From: a virus
Virus genome (UHGV): UHGV-0331106
DNA length: 38,151 nt
Strand: one strand, 5' to 3'
The translations under genes were made by a program, and so were the position numbers. Shown here one piece after another: positions 7,579 to 18,214 of this stretch (within the stretch, counting starts at the first letter, position 1; every line of letters begins with the position of its first letter). The notes beneath the pieces are model-generated. The model worked only from the letters and a program-made list of their open reading frames with translations, ran no database searches and was not told the origin of the DNA.

Positions 7579-8049
7579 TCACTCGCCCTCTGAATCTCCA
7601 TCTTTATTTACGACCTTGTCTGCAACCTCTAAACCTTTAATCAATATAATCGGCACGTTAAATCCAGCTTCTACGAAATTTTCCAAAATCGAGCGAATCT
7701 CATTTATAAGCAAGCTGGCCAGTACGAACCATCCAAGCAATGTAGTGATCCCTAAATCTACACCGATCGCCTTACCGATCTCGATAAAGATTGCCGATGC
7801 CCCAAACGCAACCATAATCATAAGCCAGTACCCCAACTTCTTAAGGACGCCTTTCCAGCCTCTGACAGAGTTTTCTTTGTTGGCCATCTTGCTCTTCATC
7901 CACCCGGTTATCCAGTCTGCTACATTAAGTAGCAAAAAGGCTGCAAATAAGATCCAGTGCTCTCCTAATATGTAGGACAACACCGCCACAATCGCTCCTG
8001 CAATCGCATTGTATCCGTCAATAATTGCTTCTGCATAATTCATTTTCAT
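7579..8049 (-). CDS. holin (multi-TM small membrane protein)
   Basis: Hydrophobic helices plus a charged C-terminus. Lies immediately upstream of the endolysin. Confidence 0.7.
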   Translation of the reverse strand: MKMNYAEAIIDGYNAIAGAIVAVLSYILGEHWILFAAFLLLNVADWITGWMKSKMANKENSVRGWKGVLKKLGYWLMIMVAFGASAIFIEIGKAIGVDLGITTLLGWFVLASLLINEIRSILENFVEAGFNVPIILIKGLEVADKVVNKDGDSEGE

Positions 8050-8070
8050 ATTCCTCACTTTCCTTTCTCG

Positions 8071-8832
8071 TTATGCAACTTCTTTCCAGAGACTCTCAGA
8101 TCCAACTGCACCCGGTTCCCACACATTGCTGTCTACAAGAGACTCCCACGTTTTCCCTTTATGTGTTACCCTATCACCTTTTTTGTATGGGTTTGTGCTG
8201 TTTGGCTGCTCCCACGGCAATACTTTTCCGGTCGGATCTGTAAGCACCTTAGCATATAAACTTGAGGCGGTGTCCGGCGCCCAGTCCGCTTGAGATGTAT
8301 GGTTTTGGAGTACCTTATATAGCGCATCTTGGTAAGTAATATACTTTCCAGTCTTGTAGGCTACTCCATCGCCGCTCCATAAATCGTACAGATCTGCTAC
8401 CTTAAGAGCCTGCTCATCATCTGTAATTTTCTCTGCAGATATTTTAGCCATCGCAAAGACAGACGCATACGTTCCCGGTGCTCCACCGTTGCCACCGTTT
8501 TCCTTCAGTGCTTCTATGTCCTGCTTCGCTGTTTCCAACTTAATCCCCATGTCATCCAATCGCTCCTCTGTTGACAGACCGGCTTTATTATTTACAACTC
8601 CATAAATTCCACCCGGATATATCTCAGTATGATCGTATCCCGTGTAATTTTCCAAGGTATCTATGATCTGCCCACGTTCTGTGACGTTCATCACCTTTGT
8701 TTTTGTTGCATCCTCAAAGATTTCTTTCAGCTTTTCCGGCGCAATTCCGATTGTCAAGAATTGCACCGCACCACCGATTTTTTCATATGACTGTATCGGC
8801 ATATCAGTTGCATCATTAAAAATAAGTTTCAT
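8071..8832 (-). CDS. phage protein with two C-terminal CBM5/12-like carbohydrate-binding repeats
   Basis: YDLWSGDGVAYKTGKYITYQDALYKV...WAP and YKKGDRVTHKGKTWESLVDSNVWEPG...LW fit the W..Y..GD.V.Y.G..W..P pattern. Confidence 0.5.
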   Translation of the reverse strand: MKLIFNDATDMPIQSYEKIGGAVQFLTIGIAPEKLKEIFEDATKTKVMNVTERGQIIDTLENYTGYDHTEIYPGGIYGVVNNKAGLSTEERLDDMGIKLETAKQDIEALKENGGNGGAPGTYASVFAMAKISAEKITDDEQALKVADLYDLWSGDGVAYKTGKYITYQDALYKVLQNHTSQADWAPDTASSLYAKVLTDPTGKVLPWEQPNSTNPYKKGDRVTHKGKTWESLVDSNVWEPGAVGSESLWKEVA

Positions 8833-8931
8833 GTTATCATTCCTTTCTAAAAGATCTGTTTTCTGACTCCGATTGGAATACGCAATAGGAAAGATGCGTT
8901 ACAATTAAATACACCAAAAAGTAATTAATTA

Positions 8932-9798
8932 TCAAGCACACTCCCACTCAGCGTCGATAAAAAGGTAATTATTTGTAGCTTTTGGGATGCAGAAAAACAG
9001 ATTGCCGTTTGCTTTTGCTAAAGAGGTACAGGCAACTGGATTTTTATACGCTCCATCTGATGCAGTTACATTGACAGCAGTATCAATTAACGGTCGGTAC
9101 TGTGACGGTATCGTAAAAGCATTGTTGTACACATTATTTGCAACAATTATAGAGGTTGTGTAGATTTCCATATTCAGATGTATTGCGTTACCAATCTTGT
9201 AAGAGTTGTTTGCTATTACTTTCCAAATCCCAGTGTTCAATCCGAGATCAGTCGGTGTGAGCGTCTTTTTATCGTGATACAACTGTAACTCCGACAAATC
9301 TTTATTTATCGTAGGGATTGATGGCACAACCTTTAACATCTTCTTTACATCTGTTACATTAATCCCGCTCAAGTGCACTTCAAACACCGGACAATCGTCA
9401 ACGAGATCCCCCTCCTGTAAATTTCCTTGCGTATATGTCGGCACTGACGGGGATCCTGATGTCGGATTTCCCATAATTACAATCCACTCATTTTTCTCAA
9501 TCCCGGTCTCATTGTTTTTGGTATACCTGTTCACAACGAGATCAATTCGCTTCATTCCCTGTGATCCATTTCTGATTGTAACTGTGTCGTATGTACCTAA
9601 ATCCACCGTAGATAAATTACCGTGGTGACTCATAATTCCGCTTCGGATTTTGAGGCTGTTGTTCGATACAAGTTCCGGCTCTAAGAGATCCCCGCTTGTC
9701 AAAATATAACTTTCCTGCCCCACAGTGCCCTCCACGAACTGTCGAAACTGCTGCGCGGTAACATGTGGTGTTCCTGCTTTTCCTGTCATTATTTTCAT
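8932..9798 (-). CDS. tail fibre / receptor-binding-like hypothetical protein (288 aa)
   Basis: Position downstream of Tal; no recognisable motif. Confidence 0.4.
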   Translation of the reverse strand: MKIMTGKAGTPHVTAQQFRQFVEGTVGQESYILTSGDLLEPELVSNNSLKIRSGIMSHHGNLSTVDLGTYDTVTIRNGSQGMKRIDLVVNRYTKNNETGIEKNEWIVIMGNPTSGSPSVPTYTQGNLQEGDLVDDCPVFEVHLSGINVTDVKKMLKVVPSIPTINKDLSELQLYHDKKTLTPTDLGLNTGIWKVIANNSYKIGNAIHLNMEIYTTSIIVANNVYNNAFTIPSQYRPLIDTAVNVTASDGAYKNPVACTSLAKANGNLFFCIPKATNNYLFIDAEWECA

Positions 9799-10784
9799 TC
9801 TTCGCCGTCTCCTTCCAATTTATATGTTTTTGACTCAACGTCGTTTATAATCTCGTAAACGATATTTTCCACCGGTTTCGCCATATATAATCCTGTCAGA
9901 TAATCCCTGCCGCCTACAATATCACCGATACCCACATCTATCCCGAGTTTTGCGACATCCATTTTGAACGTCTTCTTCCCTGCCAAGGATCGAAGCCGAT
10001 CTTCTGCGGCGGACATAAGCTCATCCGTTTCTGTCGAAGTATTTTCATAAACTTCTGCAATCTCCTGGAGTCCGGTGTAATGCTTCTTCGTCCCGATCTC
10101 ACCATTCTCCTGTACATACAGATGCAGGATATTTCGGTCCTGTAATTCTCCTTTTCCTGTCACGATCAGGTGATTCACGCCATCGCGCTTATCATCCATC
10201 GTATAGTTAAGCTTGCAGTCTTTGGACAGCTCGACTCGGTTCGAGTAATCCACGATCGGAACTGCTTCAATATAGAGATATCCCAGCTCGTTCTGTTCCC
10301 GGCGGAATGATAATTGCAACCGGTACCCTTTGCTTTTCAACATCTTCACAATACCATCGTATAAGGTGCAGTATCGATCAAACTGATAATTGCTGACAGT
10401 CACCCCGGTATCTTCCTGTGACACAACAAAGAGCCCGTCAAATTCGGGCTCTATCAGTTCTTTCATGACTGTATGCAGTTCGCCGGATACGGTCTTATAG
10501 TCTGATCCGACAGGTGGCTCTATGATCTTCTTTGCGAGACGTCCCCGCCAAGACAAACCTTTCGCCTCCACGTAGTCTAGCGTGGTATCTGTCAGGATCT
10601 CGCCGATGATCCCGCCGTATTCAGTACCCATAATGTAGATAAGACTGGAAAATGTAAGTTCCTCACGCCAGTTACTCCGGGCAATCTGTACAGAAAATGT
10701 CCTGTCGCCATTAAGATCTACTGTTATGTTGGAATCTTTTATCACACCAAGTTCCCGCAACTCCTGATCAGCCAGTATTACCAT
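9795..10784 (-). CDS. tail-associated protein (Tal, prophage tail endopeptidase N-terminal-like)
   Basis: 329 aa, immediately after Dit. Synteny with siphovirus TMP-Dit-Tal. Confidence 0.55.
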   Translation of the reverse strand: MVILADQELRELGVIKDSNITVDLNGDRTFSVQIARSNWREELTFSSLIYIMGTEYGGIIGEILTDTTLDYVEAKGLSWRGRLAKKIIEPPVGSDYKTVSGELHTVMKELIEPEFDGLFVVSQEDTGVTVSNYQFDRYCTLYDGIVKMLKSKGYRLQLSFRREQNELGYLYIEAVPIVDYSNRVELSKDCKLNYTMDDKRDGVNHLIVTGKGELQDRNILHLYVQENGEIGTKKHYTGLQEIAEVYENTSTETDELMSAAEDRLRSLAGKKTFKMDVAKLGIDVGIGDIVGGRDYLTGLYMAKPVENIVYEIINDVESKTYKLEGDGEE

Positions 10785-11566
10785 TTTGCTTCCCTCCTCT
10801 CCAAGAACAGAGTAAGATCAAATCCGAATTCCCCCGACCAGTTGATCTTCAGTAAACCAGACGGAAGTTGTTCAAAAATTGATTTTCCCAAAGCTCGATC
10901 ATGAAACAGGTTTTGAACTGTTCCATTCACGAGATATTTCTGCACAGTATAATCGCGGCTATCGATAATCATATACTCTTCCTTTTCGAGCGTCACAAAA
11001 ACTTCAATAATTTGCTCATTAATTAAGATACGTGGATTCAAACACGGACCATACACTATCATCTGATAATCGTTTGATCCGATATGATCAACTTCCCATA
11101 CTGCAGTTCCTTTTCGCGCGTCCGTAAAATCAAAAAGAAAATTAAACGGAAAATTCAAGCCTTCTAAAGCACTGGCTTCTGTCTGCGGATAAAATGACCT
11201 GCTTTCCACCATCACCCATGATAACTTTTCTGCCGTAAATAACAGTTCGGTTTCGATTACAGTAAATGACTTCCAAGTGACCTTCTTCGACGCTTTGATC
11301 CTGCATGGGAGATATGTATCATTCACATACAGCTTTCCAAATTTTCCAGCTTCGGCATCCGCACCAAGAACACTATATAACTGCTCCATATTTTGGGATA
11401 CATCCTCCTCATTCTTCCCAAAAACATCAAGCTGCACTGTCCTGATAAATCCCCCGACATCATCCTCCCATTCTGCGTCAAACCAATCAGCCTCTGCGGT
11501 AAGAAATGGATAAGACAGCAGATTCAGTATTTCTCCTTTAGAATTTTCATAGTATGCTTTTATCAT
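10778..11566 (-). CDS. distal tail protein (Dit)
   Basis: 262 aa directly downstream of the TMP, with a 4-nt overlap. Confidence 0.6.
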   Translation of the reverse strand: MIKAYYENSKGEILNLLSYPFLTAEADWFDAEWEDDVGGFIRTVQLDVFGKNEEDVSQNMEQLYSVLGADAEAGKFGKLYVNDTYLPCRIKASKKVTWKSFTVIETELLFTAEKLSWVMVESRSFYPQTEASALEGLNFPFNFLFDFTDARKGTAVWEVDHIGSNDYQMIVYGPCLNPRILINEQIIEVFVTLEKEEYMIIDSRDYTVQKYLVNGTVQNLFHDRALGKSIFEQLPSGLLKINWSGEFGFDLTLFLERREAKW

Positions 11567-14500
11567 ATCCGTGGTATCGCTCCTTTCGGCAGTGACTTGT
11601 CGATCCTCTCTGTTCCCAAATAAATTGGCGCAGGCTTTTGTTTCTGCACTACTGCTGCAGTATATTTCCCAACCGCTTTTGCAAGCCGATTTATTTCTGT
11701 ATCGGATAAGTGCAGCATCATTTCCGCCTGGTGTTTATTTAAGATCATACTGTTTGTTTCAATTCCAAAGGATCTTGTTACCCTCGCAGCATTCAACGCC
11801 ATCGTTTCTCTCATCCGATCTGTCACACTGGACATATCAAGCGATTGCAGCGCTACATTTGCAAGCTCCTTCGATGCATTTCCTACACGCTTTTTCTCAC
11901 CGGCAATTCCAAGCTCAAAACCCTGCCCGAAATACTTGCCGAGCTTCATCGTTTCTTTTGAAGGGGAATGGGAGTCGATCGTTGTTTTTGCAGACTCTAA
12001 CGCTTGTGCCGCCAAATTTGCGGCTGCCACAACCCCCTGACCGACCCACGCTTGGATTCCGGACACAAATCCTGAACCAAACCCGTATCCTGCATCATAT
12101 CCTGTCTTTGACCTTGCCCCTGAATCTGCGCTGTCGTTGATTGTTCTACCTGCCGTCTTTGCGCGATCCGACTGGCTCTCCATTCCTTCCGCATATTTTG
12201 ACGCCGAATCCTTACCGGTTGACTTAAGTGTTCCATCCTCGCTTTCGATTGCCGCGATCATCGCCTGCATTCCGCTTTTCGCTTCCTCGCTTAAGTTCCC
12301 TTCAAGATCTGCATTTTTCATCGCGGTAAGCAATTTCTGTGCGCCATCTGCACCGACACTTTCAAGCAACGATTTCATATTTTCGGAAGATGATCCGATT
12401 GTATTAAGTGCAACTCCCATCGCATCCGCAGTACTATCAATCGTAGACTGCTGCACCTCTGCAAGCCCTTGCTCCTGCGCCGTAAGGATCGACAATAAAG
12501 AATCCCCAGTTGTCTGCGCCTGTTCAAGAGCTGCTTTTGACCCGGAATCCAAAGTCGTATCCAGTCCGCTTTGTATTTCCGCCAATGCGCTGTTAATTTC
12601 CTCTGTACTGCCACTCATAACAGCCTCTGTCAGTTTGTTGTAATCAGCAATCACTTTCTGATTATCTTTCACAGCCGCTTGATTTACATCGAAAGCCGCT
12701 TTTTGTTCTTTCAGCTTATTATTGACGCCCTGCAATTCATCTTTGATTTCAGCGTACCTGCTTGCATCCGCATAGTTTGTCGATTTCGCTAATTCTGCCG
12801 CCTCTGCTTCCAGTGCAAGCTTCTCATCTTGGAGTCGGTTTACATCATTGTAGGACTGCGCCAGTTTTGCTACATTTTCAGCCTGCTCTTGGATTGCCTG
12901 TGCATATTCGCTTTCCATCGAATCCATAACCGCCTGTGCTTTTTTCGCGGCAATCAGATCATGGATTGATCCCGTAAGCTGCTGATAATTACCGATCACC
13001 CCATCTGTCAGGGCAATCTCCATTCCAAGCGCGCTCGACAGTTCACCGGCGATATAATTCGCCCTTGCCTCATAACCGTCCTTTACACGCCCATTTTCAT
13101 CGGTGATTTTTGTCAGCTCGTTCCATAAGGACTCAGCTTGATCTATTTCCACTGTGCTGGCGTTAATCGTTTTCTGACGTGCTGCTGCCTCTTCCTCAAT
13201 GTTTTTAATTGCTTCTTTAGACGCTTCGATATTTTCTTTTTGATTCTCCGTTAGTTCTCCTGTGGCAGATGCTGCGCGCTTCTGAGTAAGTGCATACGCG
13301 CCGATTCCAGCAACAAGAGCCCCGATTGCAGTAACGAGCAGTCCGATCGGGTTTGCCTTCATGACGGCGTTCCAAGCAGCCTGCGCCGCCGTCGCAAGTT
13401 TAATCTTTCCGGTGCACACGCCAACAATCATCTCTTTTGCTGTCAGTGCTCCGGAGGCTGCAAGAACTTGAAGAGCATTCGCTTTTTCTGCCGCGGACAA
13501 CATTTTCGCTGTCGCTGCCAAAGTTTTGGCTGCTTTATTTGCACTTGTCAATACCTTATAGCCTTTAAATGCTACAAAAGCTGTTGTTGCAGATGCGGCA
13601 AGCAAATCCAAGTGATCTCCGGCAAAATCTAAGGTTTTCGTAAGCGGAGGAAGCGCAGCATCTGACAGTTTCCCAACAACATCGATTACATTTTCTAACG
13701 TATTTACAGCCGTTTTCCCGGCTTTTTTTAACCCGCCTGATTCCAACGATTCGGAAAGTGCATCAATCGCCTTTTCCGCCGGTTTTCGTAAACTGTTCGG
13801 AAGCAACTCCGCCAAACCACTGGCCAGCGCGTCTGCTACATCCCCGGCAGCTCCAAGCAATTTTCCTTTATTGTTTACGATACCGGATGCAAACGACTCG
13901 ATAAAGCTAACCGCCGCATCGATCATTTCCGGGGCATGTGATGCCGCTGCTACTGCAAGATCGGCAAATTCATTTCCCGCCACATTCACAGCCGCTGCAA
14001 TTCCTCCGTCTGTCAATGCGTCTGTAATGTTATTTACACTTTCTGTTGCACTTTGTGCTGCCTCTTTTAAGCCTCCTGACACCTTTTCGTAGAAGACGAT
14101 CGCAAGACTTTCCGCTGATCCGCCAAGCTGCTCCACCGCTCCTTTTAAGTTATCCTGCATCGTTTCAGCCGCAGCTTTCGCTGATCCGTCACAGGTTCGA
14201 TAAGACGCTGTCAGTTCATTGATCTTACCTTCGCCCTCATTGATCAACGCCAACATTCCCGCAAGCGATTCCTGCCCATAAAGAGTAACAAGGTAATTAT
14301 TCTTCTGCTCGTCCGTCATTCCGGCCATTGCATTCCGAAGCATTCCAACCTGATCAGACAAGGATTTCATTTTCCCATCTGCATCATAGAAAGAAATACC
14401 TAGGTCATCCATAGCGTTCTGCATATCATCTGTCGGCTTAGACAATCTTGAAATTGCTCCGCGGAGCGTTGTTCCGGCTTGACTTCCCTGTATGCCGGCA

Positions 14501-15117
14501 TTCGCCATAATACCGATTGCCGCTGCTGTCTCCTCAAAAGATAGTCCTGCCGACCGTGCAAGAGGCGCTACATACTTCATCGCCTCTCCGGTTTCTGCCA
14601 CAGAGGAATTTGTCCGGTTCGCATTTTCCGCAAGGACGTCTGCCACGTGCCCCGCTTCTGAAGCCTCCATGCCGAAACCTCGCAGGGCGGACGTTGCAAT
14701 GTCAGAACTACTTGCCAAGTCCTCTCCTGATGCCGCTGCCAAGTCAAGAAGCCCCGGCATTGCCTCCATTGTTTCCGTTGTCGTAAATCCTGCCGCCGCA
14801 AGGTTTTCCATCCCTTCTGCCGCCTGTGATGCCGAAAACGATGTTTCTGCGCCAAGCTCGATCGCTTGTGCCTTTAACTTTTCAAATTCTTCTCCTGTAG
14901 CACCGGAAATTGCTTTTACACGCGACATCTGCGACTCAAAATCAGCGCCGGTTTTGGCTGCCGCAGTCGCGACTCCGGCAAGTGCCGTCGCTGTTCCTGT
15001 TATTGCGGCGGCTGCTACTTTTAATCCTTTAGTTGCGACTTTCTCAAGATTTGTGAGTCCTTTTTCTATCCCTGACGAATCCAAATCGGTTTCGATTACA
15101 ACTTTTCCGTCTGCCAT
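11563..15117 (-). CDS. tail tape measure protein (1184 aa)
   Basis: Long A/G/K-rich coiled segments and the TMP-type N-terminus MADGKVVIETDLDSSGIEKGL. Confidence 0.9.
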   Translation of the reverse strand: MADGKVVIETDLDSSGIEKGLTNLEKVATKGLKVAAAAITGTATALAGVATAAAKTGADFESQMSRVKAISGATGEEFEKLKAQAIELGAETSFSASQAAEGMENLAAAGFTTTETMEAMPGLLDLAAASGEDLASSSDIATSALRGFGMEASEAGHVADVLAENANRTNSSVAETGEAMKYVAPLARSAGLSFEETAAAIGIMANAGIQGSQAGTTLRGAISRLSKPTDDMQNAMDDLGISFYDADGKMKSLSDQVGMLRNAMAGMTDEQKNNYLVTLYGQESLAGMLALINEGEGKINELTASYRTCDGSAKAAAETMQDNLKGAVEQLGGSAESLAIVFYEKVSGGLKEAAQSATESVNNITDALTDGGIAAAVNVAGNEFADLAVAAASHAPEMIDAAVSFIESFASGIVNNKGKLLGAAGDVADALASGLAELLPNSLRKPAEKAIDALSESLESGGLKKAGKTAVNTLENVIDVVGKLSDAALPPLTKTLDFAGDHLDLLAASATTAFVAFKGYKVLTSANKAAKTLAATAKMLSAAEKANALQVLAASGALTAKEMIVGVCTGKIKLATAAQAAWNAVMKANPIGLLVTAIGALVAGIGAYALTQKRAASATGELTENQKENIEASKEAIKNIEEEAAARQKTINASTVEIDQAESLWNELTKITDENGRVKDGYEARANYIAGELSSALGMEIALTDGVIGNYQQLTGSIHDLIAAKKAQAVMDSMESEYAQAIQEQAENVAKLAQSYNDVNRLQDEKLALEAEAAELAKSTNYADASRYAEIKDELQGVNNKLKEQKAAFDVNQAAVKDNQKVIADYNKLTEAVMSGSTEEINSALAEIQSGLDTTLDSGSKAALEQAQTTGDSLLSILTAQEQGLAEVQQSTIDSTADAMGVALNTIGSSSENMKSLLESVGADGAQKLLTAMKNADLEGNLSEEAKSGMQAMIAAIESEDGTLKSTGKDSASKYAEGMESQSDRAKTAGRTINDSADSGARSKTGYDAGYGFGSGFVSGIQAWVGQGVVAAANLAAQALESAKTTIDSHSPSKETMKLGKYFGQGFELGIAGEKKRVGNASKELANVALQSLDMSSVTDRMRETMALNAARVTRSFGIETNSMILNKHQAEMMLHLSDTEINRLAKAVGKYTAAVVQKQKPAPIYLGTERIDKSLPKGAIPRI

Positions 15118-15121
15118 TTCA

Positions 15122-15736
15122 TCACCTGCCTAACAATTTGCTCACGTCTCCTCCGTGAATCAGCGCTTCTTCGATCAATCTTTCCTTTTCGCTCATCGGT
15201 GGAAGTTTTGGCTCTAATCCATAATACCTCTGCATCGCCCGGTAAAATTCCTGTTCGGTTTTGGATAAATTCTTATTCCCTGTGTCGATCGTCCGGTACT
15301 CCATCACCTTTTGCAACCTCGTACCGTTTCCGAGGTTTTCCAGCAGAATCATAAACTTCCACCAGTGCATACTGGATTCCTGTAGATCGATTCCGTACTG
15401 CTGCATAAATCCCGCATAGATCAGATCTGCGTCTTCCTCAAAGTCAAACGGCTGCTTGTCATTGATCCCTGCAATCTTCCTCGGAAATTTCTTTTTCTCC
15501 TTTTCCCTTCCGCACGAAAAGAACCAGAACATCCGATCGATATGCTCTTCCGTTACAGTCATCCGCTTTACGTTGTAAAACAATCTCAGCATGAAAAGAA
15601 GATCATCCTCTGACAGTTCCGCTTTTCTTCCCTGTATTTCAAAGCAACGTAAAACAGTGTGGAAATCCGCATGTATCGGATATTCCACACCGCTCACTGT
15701 TACACTCTCCGGGAAAGAATCTGTTAAGATGCTCAT
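15122..15736 (-). CDS. tail assembly chaperone (Gp15/gpT-like), lies in the -1 frame relative to the upstream G-like ORF
   Basis: Overlaps the stop of 15733-16083. The -1 frame is open for 17 codons upstream of its ATG. Confidence 0.5.
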   Translation of the reverse strand: MSILTDSFPESVTVSGVEYPIHADFHTVLRCFEIQGRKAELSEDDLLFMLRLFYNVKRMTVTEEHIDRMFWFFSCGREKEKKKFPRKIAGINDKQPFDFEEDADLIYAGFMQQYGIDLQESSMHWWKFMILLENLGNGTRLQKVMEYRTIDTGNKNLSKTEQEFYRAMQRYYGLEPKLPPMSEKERLIEEALIHGGDVSKLLGR

Positions 15737-16083
15737 GATCTCAGAGCCGGAAACTTGCCGACCTTCTTCAGTGAATCCATCACTCTTTCATAAACTTCAT
15801 TTTGTCGAATCTGCTCCGTGACAAGCTGCCCATAAGCATCCAAGTGCATGAGCAGATCATTTCCTTCTCCACATACCGATTCCCCAGTACCTTCACCGAA
15901 TACATTGTCAAACATACCCTTGATCCTGCTGCAGAGATACCTGTTTTTTTCTACCTCAGTACCTGCCGGCATTTCTTTTTTGATTTCACCCATTTTCTTC
16001 AGTTCTTCAAAATATCGTTTTTTCACATCTGCCTTATCTTCATCGTATAAATGAAAATCCAGCTCTACTCCATGAATCTGCAT
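15733..16083 (-). CDS. tail assembly chaperone (gpG-like)
   Basis: Sits between the major tail protein and the chaperone/TMP genes. Confidence 0.5.
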   Translation of the reverse strand: MQIHGVELDFHLYDEDKADVKKRYFEELKKMGEIKKEMPAGTEVEKNRYLCSRIKGMFDNVFGEGTGESVCGEGNDLLMHLDAYGQLVTEQIRQNEVYERVMDSLKKVGKFPALRS

Positions 16084-16116
16084 CTCGCATATCTCCTTTC
16101 TCAGATCATCTCAAAA

Positions 16117-16671
16117 TTACGCCGCAGCGCCTTTTTCCGTGAATGTCTTTGTCGTTGTGTCGAACGATCCCTCTACCCAGTCAGATACAGCGAGAAGATT
16201 TCCAGAACCCTGAATCTCTCCGTCATTGTCTGAAAAGTCAGCAACTTCGATTGCCACTCTTCTACGCTTTGCTTCGAATGTATTCTGTTTATCAGCAACC
16301 GGTTTGTTCATATAGACTTTCACATACAGTGTTTCTGCTTCTGCTCCGGTTTTCTCATTCTCTCCGATATCTACAATAAAGGCGATTGCTTTTTCCGAAC
16401 GGATCAAGTCAAATTCCAATGGTGCTGTCCATTCATAAGATCCTATGGACTGCGTTGCTGACTTCTGATTCACGTATCTTTTAGAAGATGTCTTCGCCGC
16501 TGGAGAATTATCCAACTGCGTTACTCCAAAACCAAGCAGTTCATACTGCGGAGACCCAGTCCCCCCACTCACATCAATATAATCCGGCTGCTGATATCTC
16601 TGTTCTACTCCACCTTTTGTTCCTGCTGTAACAGCTGCTGCCATCACACGAGTCACTTCGCTACTACCCAT
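16117..16671 (-). CDS. major tail protein (184 aa)
   Basis: ATG at 16671 with SD GGAGGT. The longer track ORF overlaps the upstream gene. Position just before the chaperones. Confidence 0.65.
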   Translation of the reverse strand: MGSSEVTRVMAAAVTAGTKGGVEQRYQQPDYIDVSGGTGSPQYELLGFGVTQLDNSPAAKTSSKRYVNQKSATQSIGSYEWTAPLEFDLIRSEKAIAFIVDIGENEKTGAEAETLYVKVYMNKPVADKQNTFEAKRRRVAIEVADFSDNDGEIQGSGNLLAVSDWVEGSFDTTTKTFTEKGAAA

Positions 16672-16675
16672 TGTT

Positions 16676-17107
16676 CTACCTCCGTTTAAAATAAATAAAT
16701 TGACATTGTATCCTGTATTGGCAACTTGTTCCCTCATTATCGTATAGATAACCGTTTGTTGTTGCCCTGATTGATTTACTCTGTAACTGACCGGATAATA
16801 CCGGAAGAATTCCCTCTCTTGTGCAGTCCTCCAGCCAGTCAGAGAATTTCTCATAAAACTTCGCAGTGTCCTCATTTTCTGCCGGTCCATACAGTTCTCT
16901 GGAGCACAGTGAAAATACATACTGCCTCACGGAATCTCCATTTGCATACCTCTTTACGATCGGGTCTGCCGGAGTTTCTTCAATGCTGTACATCGTTGGT
17001 TGATCTTCGAGTACATCCATATTCACTACTGGGAATGTTGCCTGCTCAAATTCTTTCAAAAAAGGGCAGGTTTCTATAAATTCCTTTACCTTTACCGCTA
17101 CGCTCAT
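16676..17107 (-). CDS. tail completion / head-tail joining protein
   Basis: Synteny only. Confidence 0.4.
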   Translation of the reverse strand: MSVAVKVKEFIETCPFLKEFEQATFPVVNMDVLEDQPTMYSIEETPADPIVKRYANGDSVRQYVFSLCSRELYGPAENEDTAKFYEKFSDWLEDCTREGILPVLSGQLQSKSIRATTNGYLYDNEGTSCQYRIQCQFIYFKRR

Positions 17108-17436
17108 TTTGTCTTACCTCCACAAAAAGCAGCTACCGACCGGACAATTTCCTTGCCTCGGTCTGCCCACATCCGCTCTGTCCAGTGTGATCCACGCAAC
17201 CCATCACCTTTATGTTCGTAATACTGTCTCCTCGCATAAGGAGTGTTGTAGGTAATGCTTGTTTTTGTTTCTACCGCCGTATTCTTTAACTTACCGGATC
17301 GTTTCGGAACGTATGGATCGGATAATCTGCGTACTTCATGGGTAAAGAACCTCTGTCCTTCCCCGTTCTTGTTCAGACTCCTTTTTAAAAGTATCCGATC
17401 CGTCGAATCGATCTGTAATCGAATCCTCGCCATCAT
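17104..17436 (-). CDS. head-tail joining protein (minor capsid-like)
   Basis: Synteny only. Confidence 0.4.
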   Translation of the reverse strand: MMARIRLQIDSTDRILLKRSLNKNGEGQRFFTHEVRRLSDPYVPKRSGKLKNTAVETKTSITYNTPYARRQYYEHKGDGLRGSHWTERMWADRGKEIVRSVAAFCGGKTK

Positions 17437-17843
17437 GATCCTCCCCCTATCCGAATATGTTTAGATGCACCAAAAAAATTCTCGGAATGACTTAGCACTT
17501 TACCTACAATCCCCGAGAATTCTTTCTTTATCTCATCAATGCCGGAAACCTTAAAGTTTCCACACCACCGCCCCACAATAAACAAATCCCCATTTTGAAC
17601 CGTCCATCTGCCAAGCAGATCCGTCAACGCTGTAAACTCTTCCGGCGATATCCATCCAGAGCATTCCTCATATGGAATCCTGACCTGATAAGAATCTGCG
17701 CTAGTCAAGCCTCCTGTCATCACCGAAGTTTTCTGATCCGTGTGAAACCAGACATCTGATATATAATGCGGAATATATACAAATTTTTTCGAGTCTTTAT
17801 CTGAACGCCTGTTAAAAATCGTGATTTCTGCATTTGTTAACAT
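17433..17843 (-). CDS. head closure / minor capsid protein
   Basis: ATG at 17843 with SD GGGGGTG, overlapping the upstream stop (GTGATAATG). Confidence 0.45.
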   Translation of the reverse strand: MLTNAEITIFNRRSDKDSKKFVYIPHYISDVWFHTDQKTSVMTGGLTSADSYQVRIPYEECSGWISPEEFTALTDLLGRWTVQNGDLFIVGRWCGNFKVSGIDEIKKEFSGIVGKVLSHSENFFGASKHIRIGGGS

Positions 17844-17845
17844 TA

Positions 17846-18214
17846 TCACACCCCCAAATACAGTAATCCTGTATGCATCAGGCAGCACTCGGCAATTCGG
17901 TACAGTTTCGTTCGGATCGTAGTTTCCTGATCCTGCCCTTCTGTAATTTCTGTTGCCCACGTAACCGAATAACCGTCTGTGTTTTCTGTTTTTTTGATTC
18001 CTTCCGCATATTGTTTCTCAACATTGTAAATTGCCTCTGCCATATCACAGAGACAATTTTTTACAAGGTTTTCAAAGGGTGATTCTTTCCATCCATCTGT
18101 TGCAAACAGATTCATGTATGCTTCCGCTTTTCGGATCACACATGGGAATTCATTTTCCGGGATCATACATCCTCCGTAATGATCCGTATAATAATTGTAT
18201 ACCACTTCCTGCAT
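17846..18214 (-). CDS. head-tail connector (gp6-like)
   Basis: Immediately after the major capsid gene. Confidence 0.45.
   Translation of the reverse strand: MQEVVYNYYTDHYGGCMIPENEFPCVIRKAEAYMNLFATDGWKESPFENLVKNCLCDMAEAIYNVEKQYAEGIKKTENTDGYSVTWATEITEGQDQETTIRTKLYRIAECCLMHTGLLYLGV

Noticed and set aside
11571-15133. Plus-strand ORFs antisense to the tape measure gene (11571-12140, 12137-12643, 14492-15133 and others)
   Set aside because: Embedded in a long, well-supported minus-strand gene. Low-complexity translations without SD.
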